From Marsupella aquatica (lineage: Eukaryota > Plantae > Marchantiophyta): a DNA stretch of 64,000 nucleotides. A program made the position numbers and the translations under genes. Positions 24,651 through 37,694 of the stretch are shown piece by piece; position 1 is the first letter of the stretch, and every line of letters starts with the position of its first letter. The stretch is taken from positions 23,520,015 to 23,584,014 of the forward strand of contig OZ316893.1 of NCBI GenBank assembly GCA_973895155.1, in the 5' to 3' direction. Below the pieces are notes generated by a model. That model did not search any database and was not told the DNA's origin. It was given only the letters and a program-made list of their open reading frames with translations.

Positions 24651-26880
24651 ACCAATAAAACACCCTATTCTTCTTGCACATGAGGTGGCATTTTCATGGA
24701 AGTGAAATCCCTGAGCTTGTCACCCCAGATAAAGTAAGCTGTGTTGATGACCTATAAATGACTTTCTAGGGACTTATCATCCCAGATAAAGTAAATTTTG
24801 ATGCTGACCTTTCCTCAAGAGGTGAGCCATGGAGGCATGCAAGGGTGGTGGAGGGCATGCATATGGGAACCTGGAGACGACGGATGGATTGCAAGAGTGA
24901 GGATGGGCGTGAGGACTCCAAAAAGGAGCTTCATTTCTCCAATAGAAGTACTAAAGTCCTTCATATTTTTCAAAGGATTCTATAAGTGTTCCGCCCAATC
25001 ACTATGATGTTAGGTTGAGATAGCAGTTGAGATTGATTGGTTAGATCTTGCATACCAAGTGTCTTTAGAAGTGTGTACAACCTTTTCATAAGTCCCTATC
25101 CAGGGGATTCTCTGTTGCAATTTCAAGGCAAAAGTACTATTCTCCGTTACAATTTCAAAGCCTACTCTTAATGGTGAACCTGTGAATCCAAGTTTGAGGA
25201 TAGATAGTAGCAGCTTAACAAAAAAAATAGTACTAAGTGTTCTTTATTATGTCAATGGGTAATAGATGACGTATTGCATGGATGGTATAGGTGGGCCATG
25301 TATGCATTGATAGTAGAGGGAGGACCATGTAAGCATGGATGGTATCTAGGGAAGCTTTTACCTTCGTGCAGTAGCCTTTTTTTTCTGTCTGCTTGGAAGC
25401 CGTGCATTCACTTTCTCACTCACACCAAATATAATTTAATTTTTGGTTTATTCCTTCCACTTTTTCCTATTTAGTTGTTTTCATCCAAAAAGCCCCGCAA
25501 AATTCGAAAGACTACCACGCCATAAAAGGGCACAACCTTGTATTATACTTTTCGATTGACTCTACCATACAAATCAAGGATAACACATGTGGATCTAGTC
25601 AAGTAAATTTAGTCCTTAATTTCTCTCATTTCTCATCTCCTCCTGCCAGTATCCAAACAAAACGAGGAATTTCAATTTGTTGCACTGAGAAACACCTTTT
25701 GATGAAGTTGAGAAAGTTAATCTGAGAAGGAAGTTTAACATCTATCATATACAATCCGGCCAAAAACACAAACACACGCCATGGTTGCCATACCAAAAAG
25801 ATTGTCTTGGGCAGAAGGCTTTTTAAACCAGCAGATGTAAAAGATGCTTTTTCTTGATCATTGGATCCCAAACGATTTACTGACACGCATTTTAGAGGGG
25901 TGCAGTAGGTACAGGAGACTCCCTTAGAGTGAGGCCTTGAGATATTGCATCCTATGGACCCCCATTTTGTACTCTAACAATTTTTTGGACTTCAATTATG
26001 AAAATCAACTGCAACAGCAGTGTGTGGTCATTTGACTGAGCCCTATGATCAAAGATTGTATATATCCTAACAACATCCCTGTCTGCCATTGATGACACTT
26101 GCTATACAGTAATTTTGTAATAAGGTTTTAAGAAGTACAATTGTTTTCGTCACATAGAGCAAGAGCCTCAATAAAAGGCCAGACTACCTTAAAGCAGCAA
26201 AGTGAAAAATTTGAATGTGGCCTAATAGAGATGGATGATCGTCAGAACGGAAGTGCACTATAGCCTTTTGATAAGTGCACATCACAACGCAGCAACCCCG
26301 GCAGCAAAACAAGGAAGGAAAACTTGACATTTCTAATCTGGTAAATACACATCACAAAGCAACAATATGAGGAAGGGCACTAATGCCTTCAAATTTCTAG
26401 TAACTGCAGCAACATAAGGTAACAGTTACATATAAAAATATAGAGAATCTGCAATTTTGGAAAAGGCTATAATTAACGGTACCTGAGTGTACGTTTTGAT
26501 GTTGCGGATGTGCACGTCGGATGGGTGAGCGGGATGGCTGAGCAGATGTCAAGTTTCACATTTGCAGCATTCAATTTTGGGAGTCTGATTGAGCACTCTC
26601 AGCATTCAGCATTCTAAGCATTCTAAGCATTCGGCATTCTCAGCATTCAGCATTCTCCTTAATCGCTGTCCGTCGGTTTGTAGTCTCAAATTTGGGACAA
26701 TATAACCACACTAAATGTATCCTGTGAGATTTGATAAGACCGTGCCAGGTATCTGCGGGTTTGTCAACAACCAGCGACATTCATTTGTTGAATCACGCAT
26801 TTCCATTGATTTCCAGATGTCGATCCCTGTAATCCCCACCATCAGGATATGTTACAGTTTCCACTCGCCATCCACTTCGC

Positions 26881-27012
26881 TTGGCGCCATTTTGGAGCGC
26901 ATAACATGGCATTGCGGGTGGGTTAATTCGTAGGAATGCTTCACTACTTGGTGCCACCTTGGAGGGCATAACATTGCGTTGCGGGTGGGTCAATTCGTAG
27001 GAGTGCTTCGCT
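26881..27012. repeat. Imperfect tandem duplication, ~67 bp x2
   Basis: ttgg(c/t)gcca..ttggag.gcataacat.gc.ttgcgggtgggt.aattcgtagga.tgcttc occurs twice. Confidence 0.85.
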
Positions 27013-28058
27013 GTAGACGACCCGTGATACACTTGGACTTGCTTTGACACCAGACATTGTGATAGTTCATGTGAGTTAAGGTGGGGCCAGTCAGTTCATT
27101 GCTTCCACCAGGTCCCGGTAGAAGGATACATTCTTCCAAAAACGCTACGCGGCATACATTAATTGCGATACACGTGACTCATCGACGACACAGATTCGAC
27201 AGTCATTGGACCATAATGGCGTCATAAAACAATTGGTAGACGTCACTGTGGTGCGATGGCATTCCCAGCCTCACATGGCCTTTTCTGCTTTTTTGTCTTG
27301 CGTTTTTTCGCATCATTTGATTTCATTTTTCTCATCTATTCTCGACAAAAATAATCGATGGACATCAACGCCCCAACTCTGCAAGTTTCGTAGAGCCGGA
27401 ATCAAAGTTCTTTACCCCGAAGTTCTTACATCGGGGTCTGCTCTTTCCGATGCAGGGTGGAACAATTACAACTAAGCACAGCCCAGGTATTATTTTTTAG
27501 TACCACCAGCCCTAATCTTCCAAATGATTTCAACCTCCATGTACTAGCATTATACCACGCTAACATCATCGGGCTAGAGTACTCCACCCAGTACAACACC
27601 TCTTAGAACTTCTGTGAGCTTTCCAATAAAGAGGCTGCAAATCAGCCCTCCTACGGAATCGTAACTTGACTAGTTGACCAAGAGCGGGTACTACATTCCA
27701 ACCCACCCTTTCAGTGATTCTAGTTCCCTCTTGAAATTGAAGTCCGTGGTATGCAATTTCACAAAGATGGCTTGCAAATCAACAGAGCTTTGACGGAAAG
27801 CTCAAGCAGCTAGAACCTGCGCACAAACAGGGATAGGACAGATGTGATTGCGACCAAACCTGTCATTCGACAATTCCTCTTAGTACTAAGCTTGGCTCTT
27901 TCCCATATGACAAACCAGAATTGATAACAAACTGATAATAGAAAGACGGCTTAAGTTGTGACCTTGTAGAAAGAATTGAGGTGGAAAATCCCATCCATAG
28001 GCTCAAAACATCCACTTGATCATCCACCGAATACCCCCACTCCACTTGAAGAAGAATT

Positions 28059-31000
28059 TCATTGTCCGAAGTTCATCTCTGAGTATCTGGGGATTAGAAA
28101 AACATGAATATAGCTTAATACACCTTCACCTTACCCTACTTACAAAGGACAGAAACCTTACTAAGTAAATCTGAGTCAAGCGGCAAAGACCCAATACCAC
28201 GGATGCAAGCTGGACATTTCAAATTCCGGGAGCAATCTGATCATCCTAGTGTTTGCCCAGAAGACAATGCACAGCTTACCGACGAGGTTTGCTCTGGCGC
28301 TGTCCAAATTCGTCAGTTCCCAGTTCTGCGCTTTTCAACACAAAATTACAAGACCTCTGTTAGAAGACTGATCGTTTCCTGGAAAACGAACGTTTGGCCT
28401 CGGGAGTTCAAATGTGCATATGGATGCAGACGAAAATGCTCAGTCAGTCGAGCCTTACCTGGACTTGGGGGTGGTTTCCACAACCCGCCTGGAGGCTGGT
28501 GCTTCGTACCGTTGAGATCTCTTCTGTGAGCCCAAAAACAGAATCATCAGTGCCACAGGAAACATATTACCAAAGAAAAACAAAGATTAAAACCAAAGGG
28601 TGGACGTAGGTGACAAGTAGAGCAATCGCGAAATCTTTGAGCAACTTCATTGGAAGCTACAGCAACGAATACCTTACAAAATGGATATTACAACTACTGT
28701 GTTAACAGAAAGGACTAAATCACCAACTCCAACCACAAAATTAATCAAAATCCAAAGTTATTAGCAATAAATAACACGACACCCTACTGCTTGGACTGTC
28801 TATATTAACTGCTAGGCGGAAACATTTGGCCATCAACCACATATAAGCAACTTTCGTGATCAGGAACCAACCCAGGAAGATGATAGGCGGTGGCAGGTTG
28901 TGCTGTAGCTGGGTTGTAATACATATGAGATGGAGCTACCTCCATCATGTAAGGAGCTCCATAATTTGCCCCAATGGCTCCCCCTCCCGCCAAAACTGGC
29001 ACCCTGAGCAGGACAGACTGATTCACTTAGTAGAAAATAACAACTCCTAAACTATATAAAATACCTCCAAACAATTGTTGTTTTTTTATGCATTATTGGG
29101 CTTTGCCCTTCTCCTTTTCATTCCATGAGGCACTCCACTGTTTTCATTGTAAATCTGAACGGTTGATTTAAGATCGCTAACACCTCCTAACTCTTAGCAC
29201 CAGTAGTACTAAATCACTTTCCTCCCCACATTGATCGCGCTGCTAATCTATTGAGAGTCCAGGGGCCGTACGTTCACTGTGTGTTCACTAGATTTTAGAG
29301 TGCATTTTAGCTTCCCATTCTCTAACCAAACAGATGACGTAATAGCTGCATATCTAGGCATTAAGACCGGTTCAGAACAGCATACCATGTGACCTCGGGA
29401 TTAGGATACCCATACGGATAATTAGGTATAGGCATCCCAACTGCAGGAACGCCCATCCCCGCTGGAGATTGGCCCCCATACTGAACTGCCACTGCTGCGT
29501 TCAATTTCAAATATCCATAGAATCAGTCTCAAATAAGCCCTCCCAAGAACTTATTGTTCCCAGCAAACTGTACATATGAAGTCTCAACCCGGCAAAAGCC
29601 AAAAACTACAATTGAATATAAAACGAAGGTACCTATCAAGTCAGACTCTCATAGCTAACGATGGATTGTTGCCACAAAAATGCAAATTCTTTTCTATTCC
29701 TCAATCAACAACAAAAAATGAACTCGAGAGAAATGCCGTCCCAACCACCAGTATATAATTGACCCATCTTAAAATACATACTTCCAGACTAAGAAAGAGG
29801 GCGGGAGATTGCCAGACTCGCATGACTTCCGAGGCATATACCTGGCCCAACAGCTGGCGGAGGTTGAAATCCGGGATCACCCACTCGAAGACCCGCACTC
29901 GGGGCACCAGCAAACACGTAAGACCCTCTCCCAGCAACTGGCATGCTTCCCACCCGTGCTGCTCTTCCACCACCATTACCTTTGTACCGCGTGTTGTTTG
30001 AACCAACGACAGAGTTCGTTCCAACACTTCCAGAACTGGGTTGTGGTGACGAGCGAGGATTCGAAGATGGTGGTTGACCTTGCTGAGACTGCTGGGTTTG
30101 CCCTTGCGTTTGAGGTGACCTTACAAAACTAGCTGTCTGAGCCTGCGAAGATGTACCCCTTCCAGATTGCTGTGCAGGAGAATCAACTACTGGATTGCTG
30201 TTATTATGGAGGTTCGGCTTTTGCTGCTGGTTGACGGATAAGGCTGCTGGCCCTGTAGCCTGTTGGGGAACGGTTGTGGGTGATACACCATCGACTTGAC
30301 TCCAAACAAGCCCTGAACTTTGACCTCCGCTGGCAGATACTCTTCCTGAGCCAGCTGCCAGCTTAGAGACCCCTGTTGTTTCAACGCTTGCTCGCGAAAA
30401 GGAGTTTCTCCCTCCATAGTGATCTCTTCCTTTACTAGAGATCTGCCCTGAACTACCTTCAGTTTCACCAGGACCATCCACTTTACCAGCCAGCTTCTGT
30501 TGTAGCACCCCAGAAGGGATGAACGGAGGCGAGGCAGAATTGAGATAAGAACCACTTGTGGCCTTTTTAACTCGTGCATTCTCTTGTTGGTGAATAGATT
30601 GATCAGTGCCTACAGTTGCCTCCGCTTCACTTAGTATTTTGGCAGCACTGCAAACGACATAAGAAAACGTAAGCAAGTTAATAAATAGTGGTCTGCCAAA
30701 CTGCTCCGACAAATTAAATTCAAATTGAAGACGGCACAAGAGGCCTCCCTAATTCTAGGAAAAAATGTGTTGTCTCCAAAGGGACACCGCAACTGCAATA
30801 GGACGGAACTGGCTCACAAAAGCAAATCTCAAATACTGTCAGCATTTGACCTAGTCCATCCGACCCATTCTTAGTTCTATAGATGCAAAGCAATAACTGT
30901 ACAACTTATTGCATTCACTTAGCTTGCAGTTTGCAAAGTTCTTACGAAGAGGAAAACCAAACTCATAGAATATTTGTAATCTACTAGCAAATAGTGGTTT

Positions 31001-33240
31001 GAGCTCGTTTGCTAACATCTCAGAAGTCTACTACACCATCATCCTCGTTACGCATGAAACTTCAAGCTCGTCTCAGGCCTGATATCAGGTAGCAGGGTAC
31101 TCAAGCCAATAAATTGGATTGCAAGGTCTGCGGAATTATGTATATATTACGTGGGAAAGAATTAAGTTAAACTTCGAAGAACAGTGAACTAAAAGCAACT
31201 CCCGTTTCAGACCATTGGGCAGACCGCTTGGAGGGAACACCAACTGATGGAAGTGCAGCATGGCACAACATTTCCCATCATGTCAAATTCTTGGTATTCA
31301 ATACTATTGTACGTAACAACTACAGATAAGCCCACGAGTTCATTCACATCCATTAAGGGAGGAATCTTTCAAACGCTAAAATTTGATTGCGATACCAATC
31401 CACCATATTCAGCTCAACTGGAAGTCTTTCCTGCACTCCAGCATATGTATTCCACACACTATGAACTCTACCCTAACTAGCATGCAGAAACTCTTCTAAG
31501 GGCTAGAAATTGGACATTTCTGATGTAATTGTCCACAAAACTAAGACTACAGCCAGAAAACAGATGAAGACCAGGAGATGTCCATTAAGATAACGCACTA
31601 ATTGGCAGCACTGGGGGCATCATCCCTCGCAGACTCCGCAGCATCTCGTCTTGGTCCACGCCCTCTTCCATAAGCCCGTGAACGCATTCCACCAATGTCA
31701 TCATTGTTGTTCACTCTACCAACCCCTCCTCGTCCACGGCCCCGGCCTCTACCTCGGGCCCTGCCTCTGCCTCTTCCCCCTCTTGGGTATCCCTACAGAA
31801 GTGAACCAATGCCGAAAGACATTAAAAAAAAAGCAGCACTTCTGTGCCCTAATGAAAAATTACTTTCAAACACTTGTGGTCGTGAGAATTACTCCGAACT
31901 CACAACTTACTTTAATTTATACCAAGCTCACCAGCCTTCCGATCATCAAGGATGAGAAAAGCCGCAACGCAGATACTACTAGTGACAGAGGTTCGATACC
32001 TCATCGCTGAACCAAACATGTTTATCTTCAAGCAGAGAACAGACATATCTATAAAAGAGCCTCAGACAAACAATCGGCTCTCAAAGGAGTCACAGACAAG
32101 CAATAGGCGGTAAGCTCAAGAAACATACCTGGTCGGCAAATTGATCATGTCCCAAGTTATTGAACTCCTCGAAAAGGTCATGCACCCAAGGTTTCTCATC
32201 CTTAGCCTCCCATAATTTCCTTCCTCCCATGCCACGTCTGCGACGAAATGGGGGCAACCGAAACCACATTAATATTTTATATTTTGGTCCACGACGTCCA
32301 AAAATGCCCGGTTTTCAGTTGGGACACTAATTTCTGATAACTGCACTTACAACCCACATGAATTGCTGCTAAAAAGACGCAACGATAGGGTAGGTATTAT
32401 CCTGTGTAGAGGCAAAGAGCGTCATTTCAATGCGAGTTGGGGAGTGGTCTCACATTCATGAAATTAACATCAACTCTCTGAAAAGACGGAGCGGATACCT
32501 AGACAGCTATTCTCAGAAACCAGACCTCACACGCCCTGTTGTGTGTGCATATGTTTTATCAGAACACAATTCGGAAGAGAGAGAAGACAGGTTGGTTCCA
32601 AGCACCAAGCCGGAGACAATTACCTCGGTCGAGCACCACCATTGTCGCGAAACCTATCGTCGTGCATGTAAAATGCCCCTGCCGTGGGTACTACAAATGG
32701 TTCTGCTTCTTTCTTCTCCTCTTCAGTGACTTCCTTCCCCCCCGGACGTGCTACACCCTCAGCTGTCTCCGGACTTTCCCCTCGCTTACTCCCTCCTACG
32801 CTCCCGTCGTCCCCATCCGCGCGTCTCCCCACATGCTCATCGTCTTCTTCCTCATCGCTACCCTTCCTCCTCCTCCTCCTCGTCAAAAGCTGTCTTGAAG
32901 GACTATCAGTCTGGTGATCGTCTTCCCCCAGCAGCAACTCTTCTTCCTCATCTTCCTCGTAAGGTGGTGGGGCGCACTCCCCGTCATCGACATCATCGTC
33001 TTCCTCATCTGAGTATGGTAATCTAGAACTCTCACCATCGACAGATGACGCCGCATCCTGCGTGAGATGCCCTCCCGCTCCGTCTGCCACCCGAGGCCCT
33101 CGCCGATGACCTGTTTCGTCCTCCTCATCGTCACTAGCTGCCCTCCTCCTCAGCGCCAGCGTTGACGTTCCATCGCTATCTGTCTCGTAATCCCCTTCTT
33201 CGCCTCCGGACTCCGAGACCGCATCGCTCGCCCCCGCCAT
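28059..33240 (-). CDS. BTZ: Barentsz / MLN51 / CASC3 homolog (exon junction complex core, Btz/SELOR domain), 9 coding exons, ~700 aa
   Basis: Exons 33240-32624, 32237-32129, 31792-31599, 30647-29842, 29491-29386 (NAGNAG alternative 29494), 29003-28872, 28523-28459, 28325-28280, 28086-28059. Phases close and total 2103 nt. Btz motifs EPFVVPTAGAFYMHDDRF and LWEAKDEKPWVHDLFEE; RG-rich tract; plant-type EVTWVPVLAG and terminal PRRYSEMNFGQ*. Probable 5' UTR intron donor at 33612. Confidence 0.95.
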
Positions 33241-34042
33241 CCCTACCTCCTCCTGCGCCAGACCTCCTACTCAACCCTAACCTGCCCTGTGTCCACAAAC
33301 CACTCTTTTCTCCTCCTCGAACCGCCCGCAACCTAAGGCAAAAGCTCTCGAGCCTCAATCCTTCCTTGCGTCACAAACGAAAAGAAACAGACTGTCAATC
33401 CTCACTCTTCGACATCCTTCGCATTCGGACAGCAGTCCCTCTTTAGCGACGCACAACCGTTACCCTTCAATCCATCCGCCTCAAAGCATACCCTGCTCAA
33501 CCACCGCGACAGTCGAAGATTCTGAACAAATGGAAAAGAGTCGAGGAAAGAGAGACGAGGAGGGAGGGAGGGAAGGAGGGAGGAAGGGAAGGAGGGAGAT
33601 GTAGAGCGTCACCTGACGAATGTACAGCACGAACCAATCACTACCCTGAAGAGAATCTCCTCCTCGTTCCTCCGATGATGCTCAATACCTCGGAGTCACG
33701 CAATAACTCCACGCCAAACAAATTACAGGGACGAAGCGAACGCCAAGCCAAGCGCAACCCTGCCAATCCGAGCTGAGCACAGTCGTCGTGCCAAGCAGCA
33801 GCGTTGAGCAGAGCAGAGCCGAGCTGAGCCCCACCTCGTCGTCGACTATCTCCACGAGCTTTCAAGAGGTCCGACTGCCATCGCCATGAGCAGAGCTCTC
33901 TCTCTCCTGTGATGAGGGAGCGACCGTTGCATCGCTCATCGGAGAGCAGGGCAGCACAGCACAGCACAGCGCAGCCAAAATGCTTTCGTCAGTTTACGAT
34001 CATCTCAAACCTTAAAAACGTTTTTCATCCACGTGCCCTATG

Positions 34043-34188
34043 GTCCGGTACCAAGTCTTATATGGGCTTTAATGGCCTGTGTGGGATGTCCCGTCCGGTA
34101 CCTAATCATATGGGCTTTACTGGTCAGTGCGGGAGGTCCCGTCCGGTACCTAATAATATGGGCTTTACTGGTCAGTCCGGGAAGTCTC
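34043..34188. repeat. Minisatellite, ~48 bp x3, with nearby hairpin
   Basis: Units of gtccggtacctaat.atatgggctttactggtcagt.cggga.gtc start at 34043, 34093 and 34141. Hairpin cggcacg-gcccatg-cgtgccg at ~34289-34309. Confidence 0.85.
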
Positions 34189-35284
34189 GTATGTCATATG
34201 TGTCTACTACAAATGCCGTCGATCCTGTATCTAATCTAATGGATACTATTATGTCTATTGTATATTTATTTGTGGGGAAATCTCCGTTCGGCACGGCCCA
34301 TGCGTGCCGGACACCAGAAGGTACGGTAACTGCGATACCATGTAACTGGAAATCTGGAATGGCTCAATTAATTAATAAAGATCAGGTACAGATTATGAGG
34401 ATATTTTACATAACTTTTGACTTTCAATTATTAGAGACGCCTGCAAATGTGTAACCTCCCTGTTCTGAACCATTGGATTGATAAATGGCAATCGAAGTAC
34501 ATGAGTTGTACTCTACCATCTTGAGTAGTGAGTACCCTTCTTTGAGCATATAATAATGTATATATCGTACTGCCAAAAAAACAAGAAACCCCCGGTCACG
34601 ACCCAGCATCCCAAAAATAAGAGCCTCAATAAAGGTGGAGGCAACAAGGGAAAATCTCAGTAAGGCCAAAGAGTCAAAGAGTAGGAGAGTCCCTAGGAAA
34701 TTGTCTCTCACAATAACAACTAGAACTAAATTAATTTGCGGACCCCTCAACTTACGTGTGCTTTGGTACATGTTCTCTTGTTATAGTTACTTTTTCATTT
34801 AAATATAATGCACATGAAGACAATAAATACTTTGAGGACAATTTGGGATAATCATTTTTTAAGGACACCCTAAACCAGATTGTTTTTCCTCTTGATAACT
34901 TTCATTGTGTATAAAAAATGGACAAAAAAGATCAAAGGGAAAATGAAATTCCCTCGAGAACTTTGATATAGTTTCTATTCAGGAAGAATATCCCAGATTC
35001 ACTTTGGTTTATGAGATTCTTAGAGAATAGGATATAACATCCTAATGTGTAAGCTTAATGGAATCTGCGCATTGAAATAATCAAAATTCAAACAAAAAAA
35101 CACTAGGGAAAATTTTAAACAAAAAAAAGTACACACAAGTCCATCAGCTGCAAGGTCATGGGATCCAATCTAGTGGATATTGTGTTCGTGGATATTGTGT
35201 GGTACATGCAATGCTTCAAGACATTAATATTGCAATGTATTTGGGGGTACGGTGAAGTTTGAGCTCTCAAACCATGAGAATACT

Positions 35285-35573
35285 TGGTCTAGCTTGACAT
35301 CTTTTCCTCATCTCAACCTCTTTTCTCACTTTGATATCCTATCTATCTCCCATCTCGCCCTTACCCTCCACATTTTTCTCTCTTTAACATATTTTCCTCA
35401 TCTTTACATATTTTTCTCACCTTGTCATCTTTTCTCACCGTGATTTCTTTTCCTCACCTCGACATCTTTTTCTCTCATTGACATATTTTGTCATCTCAAC
35501 ATCTTTTCCTCACCTTGACATTTTGTCTCACCTCAACATCTGTTGTGCAACGCACATGCATCGGGCTTACTAG
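35285..35573 (+). mobile_element. Helitron-like non-autonomous element, 3' end
   Basis: Array of ~21-bp degenerate units (cttgacatcttttcctcac) ends in hairpin gtgcaacgcac, 14 nt, then CTAG|T at 35570-35573. This is the canonical Helitron 3' signature. Confidence 0.65.
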
Positions 35574-36039
35574 TAAGAGGGGAAAAGGAGGAGAAAAGGG
35601 ACACCCTTGCATTTTATTGGGTTGTGGAAAGAGGAAGAGGGGGGGTGCAAAGGCAGCCCAAGAGAAGGCTCGAGGGTTTCATTTCCACAAAAATTGCTCG
35701 TTTTATTGGTTTGAAGGGAAGATTTAATAATTTTCCTAGAAGAACAATAGAGTTTTTTAAGTCCAATTTGGAGACTTAAAAGAACATTAGGGTACTTCTA
35801 ACCAAATTTTGGGAATATTTTAAGAACATTCCAACTTTATAGGGGTTAAATTTATTTTTTTAATTCTTACATTTTAGGGGATCTGAGGCCTAAACTGTCC
35901 CTGGTGATGGGGAGGCATCGATATAGTGAGACCCCCGAGAGAGAAAGAGGGCTAGGAGGCCATGAGGAGGAGGGGGGATGTCACCTTCCACCTAGCATTG
36001 TGTGAATGCATCTGCCTCAGTACCACCTATCTCCCACTC

Positions 36040-36447
36040 TCTTTGATTGTTTTTGCAACAATATCTTTTTCACATGAATATCTTTTTCATAACATCTTAT
36101 GTGCAACACACGGATATTGAACACGACCACACCATTTGTATGGTCGAAATCACACATAAATTAAATGTCTCAACAACTACATTGCAAAGCTTATATGTTT
36201 TTGCATTGCCTTGACATATTTTCTTGTCTTTTGAGATTTATCTCTCCTTAACATCTTTACCTTGCCTTGACATCTTCATCTTACCACGACATTTTTTCCC
36301 ACCCTCGACATTTTTGTCTCCTCAACATCATTCTCTCTCCTTGGGATCTTTTTTCACCTAGCTTGATATCTTTCTTCATGTCAACATCTTATATTTTTCT
36401 CACCTTGGCATCTTTGTCTCACCAAGACATCTTTTCCTCACCCTAGA
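36040..36447 (+). mobile_element. Second copy of the same Helitron-like repeat family
   Basis: Same ~21-bp unit array. 36103-36230 aligns to the reverse complement of 58560-58682. Confidence 0.6.
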
Positions 36448-37694
36448 CAGGTCCGGGTGTAATCAGCCAACACCAAATCCATCACCAAATCCATCACCAA
36501 CTACCTCACCATGGACACAGGATGGACCATACAAGGGATGCTCAAAGGGGGCAAGGAGACTCCACTCTCCACCTCCATGGGTCCCACCCCCTTGGCACCC
36601 CGCCCCCAAAGACAAAGGAAGACGCTACGTGAGGCCGCTTTTGTCAATAGACTCCGGGACTGAAGACCTGTACAATTCGTCATTCTCTGATGAATGGAAC
36701 TACGGAAATGAGGACCCTTCTACGCTGCTTGATCTGTATTCTACCCGGACTCTACATGCTATGGATTCGGAAATGGTGTTGGGGGCTTCGGAATTATGAC
36801 ACAGGATCTCGGAGTAAATTTATTTGAGAAGCGACAGCGAAGGAATTCGCGAAATCCACCACGGAACGATCCCAACTGAGACAGGGCTGTGAACTTCCCG
36901 AGGAGAGATCTTTCTTCGTTCTTCGAAATTCGCGCGAGAGCTTGTGTGTATTAGTTCGCGAGTGGCTGCTGGTGTCCATCACGGCGAGGAGGGAGTTTCT
37001 GTCTGTGTCATAGTCATCATCAGTGCTGACTCCCGAAATCGTTCGAGTCGAGGCGCTGTGGTCTGACGAGCTGGCTGCTCGCCTCGATGTTAAGACAAAG
37101 GAGGTTTGGTTGGCAGGAATGGAAACGAAGTAGGTTGGTTGCCGATTGACACTCACCACTCGGAGTTGTTAGAAAGGGCCGCGAGCAGGCAGAGAATCAG
37201 AGGGACTTGGGTTTACTGAATTTGAAAAACAAATTGTCTGCATTTTTGGCTCGCCGTCGCCGATCTGTTTCCAGTTTCTTCACATTATTTCAAGTGACGT
37301 CTACGTAAGACGGCTGTCGTTCCAATCTAGAGATCACAATTCCATCGTCATATTGCGTTCGATGCCCGTCCATAAAGCATCAAGCAGCAAGCAGCAAGCT
37401 CTAAAATCCTGGGCGTTACCACTATTATAGTCAGCAAGCCAGCGGCGGGAATCATCTTTTGGGATTCTGACCCAGTGTCGTTCTCCTCTCAAAATGTGTC
37501 ATTCCGGGCGATCCCAACTTGGAACTCCTACCTATGAAACGACAAGACCGTGGGCTAGCCGTCCTGCTTGCTCGGAACGCGACCTATGCCAGAGCCAGGT
37601 TTCATTGAAACAGGTAACAGAGTCAAGACAGGGCAAAGTTGAACTTACAAATTTGGTAAGAACAAGCGTGGTGCTATAATGTAAAATTGTCGAG

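Noticed and set aside
31950-32010. tRNA-like T arm gaggTTCGATAcctc in a Barentsz intron
   Set aside because: No acceptor stem, D arm or A box can be formed.
33909-34454. 181-aa ORF with a 16-aa repeat
   Set aside because: It is kept open by a 48-bp minisatellite in the Barentsz upstream region and shows no protein family features.
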